This document shows, piece by piece, positions 8,441 through 19,073 of a stretch of DNA of 64,000 bases (within the stretch, counting starts at the first letter, position 1; each line of letters starts with the position of its first letter). The notes beneath the pieces are model-generated. The model made no database searches and was not told the DNA's origin. It saw only the letters and a list, made by a program, of their open reading frames with translations. The DNA is taken from NCBI GenBank assembly GCA_963770105.1, contig CAVYOL010000001.1, positions 296,786 through 360,785 on the forward strand, in the 5' to 3' direction. Made by a program: the position numbers and the translations under genes. Source of the stretch: an uncultured Acidimicrobiia bacterium (GTDB taxonomy: Bacteria > Actinomycetota > Acidimicrobiia > IMCC26256 > JAENVU01).

Positions 8441-11400
8441 TCAGGCGGAGTGGTTCGCCTTCGTCTCGGCGATCATGCGTACGAGCAGGGGCGATCCGAT
8501 CGCGTGCGCCACCTCCGCGACCTCGACCAGGCGCGTCTCGGCCCGGACCCGGTCGCCGGCGCCATCGCGGCGCAGCCGGGACTCGGCCTCGAGCACCGCG
8601 GCCCGGGCCCGCCAGATCACCAGACCGCAGCGGGCCGCGAGACGGTACACGTCTTCGGAGCGTTCGACCGCGAGGTCGAGATCGTCACGGGCCAGCGCGC
8701 ACAAGGCGAGTCCCCGGTCGAACGGGCCGAGGGTGTGGACGGCGGTCGGAACGACGCGCAGCCGACCCGCGTACGGCTCGAGCGTTGTCTCCACGACGGA
8801 GGTGAGGTGCGGATCGCGGACGGCGTCGACGACTTCGGCCGCGACAGCTGCGATTCCGACCCGGGTCTGGTTGTGCCGGGAGCTCGCGATGAGGTCCGGG
8901 AGCTCGACCGCGACCCGCCGGGAGTCCTCGACCTGTCCGGCCGCGAGATACGACAGCAGCGAGCGCGGGGGCGAAGGACCCGGCCGAGGGTGCGTTCGCG
9001 ACCAGGTGCTCGAGCAACGGAACGGCACCACTGAGCTCGTCGCGCTCCCAGGCGAGCAGCAGCAGCTGGCCGGAGACCGCGCCGGTGGCGACCTCGATGC
9101 CGAGCAGCGGTCCCGAAGCTGCCGGCCTCCTGCATCGCCCTCTCGGCTGCTTCCAGGTCGCCGGTCCACATCTCGACGACGAACTGGATCGAGCGGGCGG
9201 ACCAGCGGTCGTACGGTCGGCCGATCTCGTCGGCGTCCTTCCGGTACCTCGCGAGCTCGCGCTCGAGCGCCTCGAGATCACCGAGCTCGATGAGATCGTC
9301 GAACGCGCTCGCTCCGCCGATGAGCGACCCCACGTCAGCACGTCCGCGCGACGGGGAGAGCCCGGATGGCGCGCTGCACCTGCTGACGCTCCCCGAGCGG
9401 AGCGAGGGCCGCGACGAGCAGCGCGTGCTGCATCTGGAGCACGGTGGCGAACAGCTCGGGATCGTCGAGCGTGCGGACGATCGCGAGTGCCTCCTCGACG
9501 TACGGCTCGGCGTCGCGGTGGTCCGGGCTGTAGAGGAGCTGCCACGCACCCCAGATGAGGATGCGGACCCGCAGCTCGGGGTGCTCGCTCGCGCCGAGCA
9601 GCTCGAGCGCCTCGTGGACCCGTCGGATCTCGGCGTCGCGGTTCGTGTGCGAGACCCCGAACTGCGTGCGGCCGAGCAGGGCCTCCGCGAACACCGTCGC
9701 GAAGCGATGCTCCCGCGCGATCGCCATCGCGTCGTCGAGCAGCCGGCGTGACCGGTCCGCGAAGTCCTCCGACGTGGCCAGCGCGTTCCCGAGCCCGACG
9801 AAGGCCCCGGCACGGAGCTCGGGATCGTCCGCGGTCCCGTCGACGAGCGCGAGGGCTCCTTCGTAGGCCTCCACGGCCGACTCGTACGCACCGGCGAGCA
9901 TCGCCAGATGGCCGGCTTCGATCGAGGACCGCGCCGCTCGCGGGTTCGACGAACGGCACCGCGACGCTGAGGTGCAGCGCGATCTCGGTGGCAGCCGCGC
10001 CGCGCGACTCCAGGGCCTCGCCGATGCGGGCGTGCAGACGGGCGCGCATGGACGCGGTGAGCGCTTCGATCAGCACCTGCTGCACCAGTGCGTGCTCGAA
10101 GGTGCCGCGCCCGGCGACGTCGGGATCCGGGACGACCAGTCCGAGCGTCACGGCTTCGTCGACGTGCTCGGCGACGGCTTCGAGCGGTGATCCCGTGATG
10201 ACGGCAAGGAGCGGGAGGTCGAGGTCGGACCCGACGAGCGCCGCGACGCTCACGAGCTTGTGCGCTTCAGGCGTCAGCCGGGCGAGGCGACGCTCGATCG
10301 TTCCCTGGATCGTCGCCGGGATGACGAGGGGGTCGGATCCGCTCGCGTGGGCCGGGCTCCCGGTGTCGACCGCGTTCCGGACGAGCTCACGAACGAAGAA
10401 CGGGTTGCCGCCGGTCGCGGCGTGGACGCGCTCGGCGAAGACGTCAGGGGGCCGAGCCCACTGCTCCGGGACCAGCGACGCGACCAGCTCGCCGCGTCGC
10501 CCCGGCATCGAGACCACGGAGATCGACGCGAGCGACGGGGACCGCGCGCTCGACGTCCGCGAGCAGTGTTGCGACCGCTCCACCGGGCGTCACCTCGTCG
10601 GGCCGGATCGCGCCGATCAGCAGGAGCGGTTGGTCCGAGAGCCGGGCCAAGACCCGGGAGAACAGCGCCAGCGAAGCCGAATCGATCCAGTGCAGGTCGT
10701 CGATGACGAGCACGGTGGGTCCCGCGGCGGCGCACAGCGCGATCGCCCGCTCGGCCGCGAGCAGGACCCGGAGGCGCCGGAGCTCGGCGTCGTCGGCCGG
10801 CGGTGGCGCCGCGGGCAGGCGGCCGACGCCGGGGAGCAGCGCCGCGAGGTCGATGAGGTCGGGCTCCAGGGCCTGCGCGCCGAGCGAGCTCACGAACGGT
10901 TCCAGCGCGTCGGCAGCAGCCTGGAACGGGATGCGGTCCTGCACCTCGCAGGCCGCCCTCAGCACCGACCGCGTCTCCGGCAGCTCGCCGACGAAGCCCC
11001 CCAGCAACGTGGACTTCCCGATGCCGGCCGGACCGGTGACGATCGCGACGCGGAGCTCTCGTTCACGACCGACCGTGTCCCACGCCTCGCGCAGGATCCG
11101 CAGCTCGTCCGCGCGACCGAGCATCGGGCCGGGTGCTGCGAGCGGCCGGGTTCGGGCGGTCGAACGGCGCGAGGTCGGCGAAGGCTGCGGAGGGGGCTCG
11201 AGGGTGTCGGACTGGTCGAGCACCGCGAGGCGCAACGCCTGGATGCGGCGGTTCGGTGTGATCCCGAGCTCCTCGCGCAGGGACAGCTCGACCGCGTTGT
11301 AGGTCGCGGACCGCGTCACGCTGATGACCGCCCCGGTACTGGGCGAGCATGAGCTGCTCGGTGAACACCTCGCGCCACGGGTGCTCCGCCACGAGCAGCT

Positions 11401-11930
11401 CCAGCTCCGGGATCAGCGCGAGCGCGGCACCCGCATCGAGCCGGCACTGCAGGTACTCGCTCGTCGCGACCAACCGCTGCTCATCGAGCCGGGCCGCGTC
11501 GAGCGCGCAGAACGGGGCATCCGCGAACTCGCAGAACGCGCGGTCACGCCAGAACCCGAGGGCGTGCTCATAGCGCCGGATGCGCTCCTGCGGATCATCG
11601 TCGGAGACCGACCGGGCCACGGCCAGCGCTTCCTCGAAGCCCACGGCATCCGTCGTCGACTCGGCCGCGTCGAGGAGGTAGCCGCCGCCTTCGTACCCGA
11701 TCACCGGAGCGCCGAGCGCGCGGCGGAGCCGGCTGACGGCGGTCTTCGAGCGCGTCGGTGGCGGTGGGGTCGTCCCAGACGTCCTCCGCGATCGTGCTGC
11801 TCGGAACCGGCTTGCCCGCGCCGACCACGAGCCGGGCCAACACCGCGCGCTGACGCGGGCCTCCGACGGGCACCACCGCGCCGTCGTCCTCGACGACGAG
11901 TGGACCCAGGATCCGGACCGTGACGCTCAT
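8441..11930 (-). pseudogene. AfsR/SARP-type regulator (wHTH + BTAD + NB-ARC-like ATPase + TPR), about 1160 aa, with 7 or more frameshifts
   Basis: Domains recognised in order:
- wHTH: MSVTVRILGPLVVEDDGAVVPVGGPRQRAVLARLV.
- BTAD: HPWREVFTEQLMLAQYRGG.
- Walker A: VTGPAGIGKSTLL.
- Walker B: VLVIDDLHWID.
- GGNPFFVRELV.
- A TPR-like helical C-terminus.

The segments lie in all three minus frames. Confidence 0.8.
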
Positions 11931-12067
11931 CGTGCTCTGTGCCCTGGCACCCCCTACCCCGTGGCAAGAGCGTAAACCGCCGTGAGCGCCGACTCGCGCG
12001 GTCCGGTCCCCGGCGGCGATCGTCCCGGCTCTGCCAGGATCGGGCTTTCGGCGAGGAGGAGCGGGCC

Positions 12068-12843
12068 GTGGGCGATGTGGTGCTGGTCGACGTGGACGAC
12101 GGCGTGGCGACGATCACGCTCAACCGGCCCGAAGCACGCAACGCGCTCAACGGCGAGGTGCGGCGCCGGCTCCCGCAGGTCATCACCGAGCTCGAGCAGG
12201 ACGGCGCCGTCGACGTGATGATCCTCACCGGCGCGGACCCGGCCTTCTCCGCCGGCATCGACCTCAAGGAGCTCGGCACGGGCCAGGCGACCGGCACCCG
12301 TGACGACCTGGGCACGACCCGCGGCGCGCTCCCGCCCCGCACGAAGCTCCTGATCGGCGCGATCAACGGCGTGGCCGTCACCGGAGGGTTCGAGATCGCG
12401 CTGGCGTGCGACTTCCTGGTCGCATCCGAGCACGCCCGCTTCGCCGACACCCACACGCGCGTCGGCATCATGCCCGGGTGGGGCCTCACGGTGCTGCTCC
12501 CCCAGCGTGTGGGCGTCGCGCGTGCCCGCGAGATGAGCGTCACCGGGAACTTCGTCGGCGCGCAGCTCGCGTACGACTGGGGTCTCGTCAACCACGTCGT
12601 GCCGCACGACGAGCTGCTGCCGTTCTGCCGGCAGCTCGCCGCCGACTGCCGCACGATCGACCAGGTCGCGGTCCGACGGATGCTGCGCACCTACGAAGAG
12701 GGCAGCCTCGTGAACCTCGACGAGGCGTGGGCGATCGAGGACCGGGTGTCGCGCGCGCGTGGCAGGGAGAGGGCTTCGACCCCGCAGAAGTCGAGCGCAA
12801 GCGGGCCGCGATCATCCAACGAGGCCGCGACCAGACGAGCTAG
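12068..12843 (+). pseudogene. enoyl-CoA hydratase/isomerase family protein with a frameshift near 12755
   Basis: ATITLNRPEARNAL, AFSAGIDLKEL, GAINGVAVTGGFEIALACDF. The C-terminus AWQGEGFDPAEVERKRAAIIQRGRDQTS is in another frame. GTG start with a GAGGAGGAG RBS. Confidence 0.85.
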
Positions 12844-12844
12844 G

Positions 12845-13730
12845 TCAGGGTCGGCCCGCCGCCTCCCAGGCCTGATGCGTGGCCACGACACGCGCCCAGA
12901 GCCGGTCGAGCAGCTCCGGATCCGTGCCATCGAAGGTGAGGTCGAACGAGTCGGCCAACGCCGCGAACCATTCCGTCCGCCTGGTGATCGGCTCCGACGC
13001 GACGGCACCGTCGCCGATCCGCCACGGCACCAGGCCGCGGATCACATCGACACCGCTTGCATCGCGACGTTCGGCCATAGCGACCTGTAGGAACGGCGAG
13101 TCGGGAGCGGTCGAGAGCCATGTGTGCTTCGCCGCGAACTCGGCCATGTCGGCCGCGCCGCTGGACCAGCTCATGCCGACGAACCCACCCCGCGGATCGT
13201 CCGCGAGGTGCCAGTCCCCGACGCCGCCGTCCGTCTCGGCGAGGGTGAGACGGAACGGGGTCTGCTCGTAGTCCCCCGCGGTGAGCGGCAGCGCCTCGTG
13301 CAGCGCGTCACCGAGTCCCGCGTCGACGTACCAGACGCCGGACGGGTTGGCGTCCGACGGCAGCCCACTCACGGTGAGCACGAGGTGGTTGGCCACCGAT
13401 TGCGCGTCGGGCCCATCGGGGCCGTGCACCCCGCCGACGTGGCGGACCACGTCGTAGCCGAGCGATCGCAGCAGCTCGGCGAACGCTCCGTTGAGGTGGT
13501 AGCAGTACCCGCCGCGACGCTGCCCACGCGATCCGTGACACCGAGTCCACCGGATCGATGCCCCACTGCTCACCGGCGTGCAACCACATCGTCTCGTACG
13601 GGACGCGTTCCACGTGGCGACGGTGGAGCTGCTGCAGTGCCTCGACGGACGGTGGTTCGGCATCCAGACCGAGTCGATGCAGATAGGCCGTGCGCAGCTC
13701 CGAGCCGATGCGGGCGGGCGAGTCGTCCAC
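12845..13730 (-). pseudogene. arylamine N-acetyltransferase (NAT) family with a frameshift near 13530
   Basis: The N-terminus RIGSELRTAYLHRLGLDAEPPSVEALQQLHRRHVERVPYE is in one frame. The catalytic Cys region RRGGYCYHLNGAFAELLRSLGY is in another. Confidence 0.75.
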
Positions 13731-13795
13731 GTCGAGGAGTCTCGCGTGCCGACGGGGGATGCACCCGCGAGGCGCATCCCCCGACCGGCGTTGAC

Positions 13796-14954
13796 CTACT
13801 TGAAGAGGTTCAGCGTGTTCGTCGCGTCGTCGACGAAGAGGACTCCCTGTCCACGCGGGGCGACGACGAGGCCGAAGAGCGCTCCGGCACCCGGCGGGTC
13901 GCCGCTGCTGTCGAGCTGCTTGACGGCCACCTGGCGACCCCACGGCGTCGTCTCGACGAGGTTCCCATCCCCCCCATTCGCGGTGAGGATGTCGCCGTTC
14001 GGCGCGAGCGTCAGCCCGAGCGGCGCATTCAGCGCCCCGTTCCTCGAAACCGTCTCTCCACCGTGCGACGGGAAGAACCGGAACAATGCGTCCGGTACTG
14101 CCGCGACGCGGTTGGTCGCCGTGTCGGCGACGTACAGCGTCCCGTTCCGCCCCGAGCGCGACTCCCGTGGGACCGACGACCAGCGCCGCGGGGTCGGTCC
14201 GCTCCGGGAACCCGTTCGCCACGACCGACATGAACGACGCACGCGGCAGCCGACCGGGATCGACGTCGACCCAGATGCGGACAACCGTGCCGCGGTTCAC
14301 CGTTGCACCGTTCGCCGCGACCGTCCCGTTCAGAACGTTCGTCACGAACAGCACCGCGCCAAAGGGCGTCGGCACGGACGTGAGATCCCAGGGCCCATTG
14401 ATCAGAGGGCTGGCCCACGTCTCGACCACGTGACCGCGACTATCGAGGACGATCAGGCATCCCGCCTTGGCCGTCGCGGCACTGCCGTCGGTCGTGGGCA
14501 GGCTTCCCACGACGACCCAACCACCGGGAAGGACCGTGAGGGCCGTCGTCAGTCCGACCCCTCCGGGACACGGTCCGCGCAATGCGTTCGGATTGATCTG
14601 CGCGAACAGTCGTTGGGTGCCGTCCGGCGCGATGTCGACGATCGTCGTTCCGGTCCCTTGCTCATTCGAGCTCGCGTTGAAGTTGCTGACCAGCACATGG
14701 CCGGCCGTCAAACCGCCGATCGTCCGCGGTACGACGACGATCCCGTACGGGTTCACATCGCCGTTCGCGGGCACCGTCGACGCCACGGTGCTCACCGATG
14801 TGAACGGTGAGATGAACCCTCCGTTGGACGCACCCGCAGGTACCGCCAGGCCGAACATCGAGATCGCCAACACCGTGACACCGACCCCGAGGCGTCGCAC
14901 CCGACCTCGGCCGCTTCCTGGTCCTCGCGCACTCCTTTGCCGAACACCAAACAT
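13796..14954 (-). pseudogene. secreted NHL/YncE-like beta-propeller protein with a frameshift near 14155
   Basis: Signal peptide MFGVRQRSARGPGSGRGRVRRLGVGVTVLAISMFGLAVPAGA. Repeated motifs include GTLYVADTATNRV, GLTLAPNGDILTANGG and GVLFVDDATNTL. Confidence 0.6.
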
Positions 14955-15034
14955 GACAGGACCTCCCGTGCTCCGGGCCCCGGCCCCGAAGAGATACGGG
15001 CCCCAAGGTGCGAGGGATTGCCCGATCCCCGCCC

Positions 15035-17453
15035 TCACTCCGGCTGGAGCGCGATGCTCGGCCGGACCCGGGCCGCGCTGCGGGCCGGTGCGTACGCGAT
15101 GAGGTTGACCAGGACGAGCACGGCCGGGATCGAGGCGACGATGGCCAGGACCGGGATCGAGGGGCTGGGCGCGACACCCAGGCCGTCGGCAACGAGGCGC
15201 CACACGAGGCTCCCGCCGATGACGCCGAGCGGGATGCCGAGCACCAGTCCGATCGTCCCCAGCGTCGTTGCCTGGTACACGACCGTCGCTCGGACCTGGC
15301 GCCCGTCGAAGCCGATGGCGCGCAGGAGCGCCAGCTCGTGCCGGCGCCGGCGCACCGCGGCCACGAGGGCATGGACGACTGCGATGAGCGCGAGGACCGC
15401 GAGCAGCGCCGCGAGCGTGGTCGGGAGCCAGTCCACCTGGTGGAGCCGATCGAGCTCGACCGGGAGGGTGGGAGTGGTCGGAGGGTCGAGCTGGCGGATC
15501 GCGGTGATGTGCTGCTCGACGGTCGCGGGGCGGGCCCCGGGGGCAAAGCGGCCGAGGAGATACCGGTAGTAGTTGTCCTGATCGAAGAGCGGGGAGAAGC
15601 CCGCGGTCGTGAACGCGGCACCGTCGGCAATCGGCTGGGGTTGGCCGAGGGTGGGGAAGATGGTCTCACCGACGATCCGGTACTCGGCCTTGCCGTGCGG
15701 ACCGGCCGCGCGGACACGGTCACCGATGTGCTTGCCCGCGGCCTGCAACGTGTGTGAGCCGAGCGCAACTTCGCGCGGGCCCTCGGGCGCCCGCCCCGCG
15801 ATGATCGTCGGCTCGATCGTGCCCCGCAGCGAGGCAAAGGCCCAGCCGTTCGTCGGGCGCCCGTCGAGCCGGATGTTGTTGGTTCCATAGCACGCGACCC
15901 CGAGCGCGCCGACGCCCGGCTGGTGCAGGAGGCCGAAGGCGTCGTGGCTGCACGACTTCGTGTTGGACACGATGTCGGTGGCCGAGAAGTCCCAGGTCCA
16001 GCCGAATCGGCGCGGGGTCGTCGTCAGCTGGTTCAGGCTCGACGCGAAGACGAGGACCGCCGTGATCCCGAACACGCCGAGCACGGCGCCCAGGATCGCC
16101 GACCGCACCGGTACCACGGTCGAGCCGCGGCCCGGCTGGAGCGCCATGCGGAGGCCGTTGGTCGCCGTCGGGGGCAACCCGGCCCGGCCCGCGAAGCGCA
16201 AGACGGTGGCGGACGGTCGATGGGTCACCGACTCCCGCGCGAGCGACACGGGCCGTGAGGACCGGATGGCGGCGATCACCGCAACCGCGATCACGACGAC
16301 CAGCACCGCGAGCACACCGACGGTCAGGACCAGCCAGTCGGCATGGACCCCGAGGTCGGGTTCCAGCACGCCGCGCGACTCCGATCGGGAACAAGGGCGA
16401 CAACGCCACGGCACCGATGACGGCGAGGATCGCACCACCGCCGGCGACCAGGAGTGCGGCGGCGGAGCTGGCCGCGACCCGCTGCACCCGCGTGAGGCCG
16501 AGCGCCCGCAGCGTCGGTTCATTGGCGTTCTCCAGCGAGACTTCGCGGCTGAGTCCGATTCCCACCGCGACCAGCCCAGCTGCGGCCGCCACGCCCGCGA
16601 AGATCGACAGCGCCGCCACCGCCACGCTGATCGCGTTCTGGGCCCCTCCGCGGTCACTCGCCGCGGACTGCACCGAGAACACGGGCGACGCCCCGAAGAT
16701 CCGCTTCGCCTCCGCCGTGATCCGCGGGATGTCGGGAGCAGCACCTCGCGTCCGCAGGCGCAGCCCCGAGCCGAAGCTGCCGATCTCGCCGGTGTACCTC
16801 CGATCGAACGCGGGGCTCAGGATCACGACGCCGCCGACCGAACCCTTCTGCCCGAGATCTTCGGGCCGCCGAACGATGCCGACGATGTGGAGCCGCACGC
16901 GTGGCCCCGCCGGGGCGCCGGGATCGGTTGCTCCACCGACCACGGCCGCGACCTGGGCCGGGGTGTAGGAGATCGCGTCCAGGTGGCCACCGACGCCGCG
17001 ATGGAGCTGCTGCGCGAGGGTCTCCCCGATCGTGATCTCGTCGACGGACGACGGTCGCGCCGCCCGGCCCGCGACGACCCGGGCCCGGTCGACCACGCTT
17101 CCCAGCTTGGTGTCGATGGCCGCGACGGGGCTCAGGTTCGGCGCGTCGGGAATCAGGATGCCGAAGCCGTCCTCACCCGCGCTGGCCGAGACCTCGGGCA
17201 GACGGCCGAACGCCCGCAGCTGGCTCGCCGTCGGTCGGCGGGGACCGGCGATCACGTTGACCGTCGCCGCGCCACTCGATCTCGCGAAGCGGTCGAGCGC
17301 GGTGTCGGTTCGACGCGCGCCCGCGATCGTGGCCATCACGACGGCGGCAACGAGCCCGACCAACCCGGCCAGGACCACGACGCTGCGCAGGCGGCGCCGG
17401 GCATTCGACCGGGCGAGCATCCACACCGCGAGCACCTCACTGCCGCTCGGCAT
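15035..17453 (-). pseudogene. FtsX-like ABC transporter permease (two FtsX domains, about 800 aa) with a frameshift near 16375; no ATPase gene is adjacent
   Basis: N-terminus ARSNARRRLRSVVVLAGLVGLVAAV. The first FtsX module ends LSPLFPIGVARR and the second ends ALLRAIGFDGRQVRATVVYQATTLG...LIAYAPARSAARVRPSIALQPE. Confidence 0.8.
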
Positions 17454-17639
17454 CCCCGCTCCAGAACTCCCCGCGCCCCTCGAGCCACCGAGACCGGTGA
17501 CCTCCCACATTGGACGCCATCCGGGGTCGGGTCACAAGGAGGGCAGGACCCCGGTGTCGTGGGTGGTAGCCCCCCTCCCACTGGCAAGGCTGCGACGGGA
17601 TAGCATCGTCATTGGTGAGCCGGGAAGTCTGGTCGGCGC

Positions 17640-19073
17640 TTGTCGTCGATCGCCCCGGGGGCCGTCGTGCACGTCGAATCGCTCGGTCGATGGCTTCCAC
17701 GACCGTCTGACGCGCGTCGGGAGTCGTGGCGGACGACGTTGTGGGTCGTGCCCGCGATCCAGGTCGCCGCCGCCATCGTCTTGTTCATCGTGGTCTACGC
17801 GTTGGATCGCGCGGCCTACCGCGGCGACATCACCTTCCCGTCCTGGGTCAACAGCGGATCCGCTGATGCGGCGCGTCAGATCCTCATCGGCATCGCGGCG
17901 GCGGTCATCACCGTGGTCGGTCTCGTCTTCTCCATCACGATCGTCGCGCTCACCCTGGCCTCGACGCAGTTCGGCCCGCGGATGCTGCGCAACTTCATCC
18001 GGGACCGGGGCACCCAGGTGACGCTCGGGACCTTCGTGTCGACGTTCGTGTTCGCGGTGCTGGCGCTCGGCTCCGTGTCACACGGCGACCGGGGCGATTT
18101 CGTCCCGCACCTCTGCGTGACGGTCGCCCTGCTCCTGGTCCTGGCCGATCTCGGGGTGTTGATCTACTTCATCCACCACATGGCCCAGTCCATCCAGCTT
18201 CCGCAGGTGATCGCCAGCATCGCCCGCGACCTGTCCAGGGCGGTGGACGTGGAGGTGGCCGACCGTTCTCGCTCCGCCCGCGATGCTCGCGACGCCGGGC
18301 CTTCGGAAGCGGAGCTGCGCAAGCGCATGGCGGAGGAAGGCGCGGTGGTACGGGCAACGTCCTCGGGCTACCTGCAGTTCGTCTCCTACTCCACGCTCGT
18401 GGACATCGCGGCTCGAGCGGACGGCGTCGTCGAGCTGCTCTACCGACCGGGTCACTTCGTCGTGGAAGGTCTGCCACTCGCCCGGGCGTGGCCCGCGGCG
18501 GCGGTGAGCGACGTCAGTCGCGGGCTCGAGCGGGTCCACGCGACCGGAGCCCACCGGACGTTGTCCCAGGACCTCACCTTCGCAATCGATCAGCTCGTCG
18601 AGATCGCGATCCGCGCCCTGTCACCCGCAGTGAACGACACCTTCAGCGCACTGACGTGCATCGACTGGTTGGGCGACGGCCTGTGCAAGATCTCGCTGCA
18701 GTGGAATCCGACGCGCGTCCACCGTGACTCGAGGGGCTACATCCGTGTCGTCGCCGCCGACGCGGACTACCCGCGGCTCGTCGCGCGATCCTTCGACAAG
18801 ATCCGCCAGGCCGGGCGAGGCATGCCGGCGGTGCTCATCCGTCAGCTCTCGACGCTGACCCGGGTGATCGAGAACAGCACGACTCCGGAGCAATGCGACG
18901 CGCTCGTGCACCAGGCCGAGATGCTGCTGCGGTCCAGCGTCGAGAGCATCCCGGAACCCAACGACCGGGCCGACGTCGCCCGTCGCTACGACGCGGTGAT
19001 CGCCGCGGCGACAACGCAGTCCGGAGTCATGAGCCTCAGCTCCGGTCGGACGGGTCCGGGCCTGGGCTCCTGA
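17640..19073 (+). CDS. DUF2254 domain membrane protein
   Basis: Intact 477 aa ORF with an N-terminal 4-TM region (LWVVPAIQVAAAIVLF..., ITIVALTLASTQFGPRMLRNFIRD). The TTG start is uncertain, and in-frame GTG codons lie just downstream. Confidence 0.75.
   Translation: MSSIAPGAVVHVESLGRWLPRPSDARRESWRTTLWVVPAIQVAAAIVLFIVVYALDRAAYRGDITFPSWVNSGSADAARQILIGIAAAVITVVGLVFSITIVALTLASTQFGPRMLRNFIRDRGTQVTLGTFVSTFVFAVLALGSVSHGDRGDFVPHLCVTVALLLVLADLGVLIYFIHHMAQSIQLPQVIASIARDLSRAVDVEVADRSRSARDARDAGPSEAELRKRMAEEGAVVRATSSGYLQFVSYSTLVDIAARADGVVELLYRPGHFVVEGLPLARAWPAAAVSDVSRGLERVHATGAHRTLSQDLTFAIDQLVEIAIRALSPAVNDTFSALTCIDWLGDGLCKISLQWNPTRVHRDSRGYIRVVAADADYPRLVARSFDKIRQAGRGMPAVLIRQLSTLTRVIENSTTPEQCDALVHQAEMLLRSSVESIPEPNDRADVARRYDAVIAAATTQSGVMSLSSGRTGPGLGS

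Noticed and set aside
9748-11352. 534 aa plus-strand ORF opposite the AfsR-like regulator. Similar antisense or off-frame ORFs lie at 15960-17603, 19174-20844, 22130-23758, 5712-6413 and 33054-34235.
   Set aside because: All are Arg/Pro/Ser/Gly-rich with no recognisable domains. Each lies antisense to a gene with clear motifs. High third-position GC suppresses stop codons on the opposite strand.
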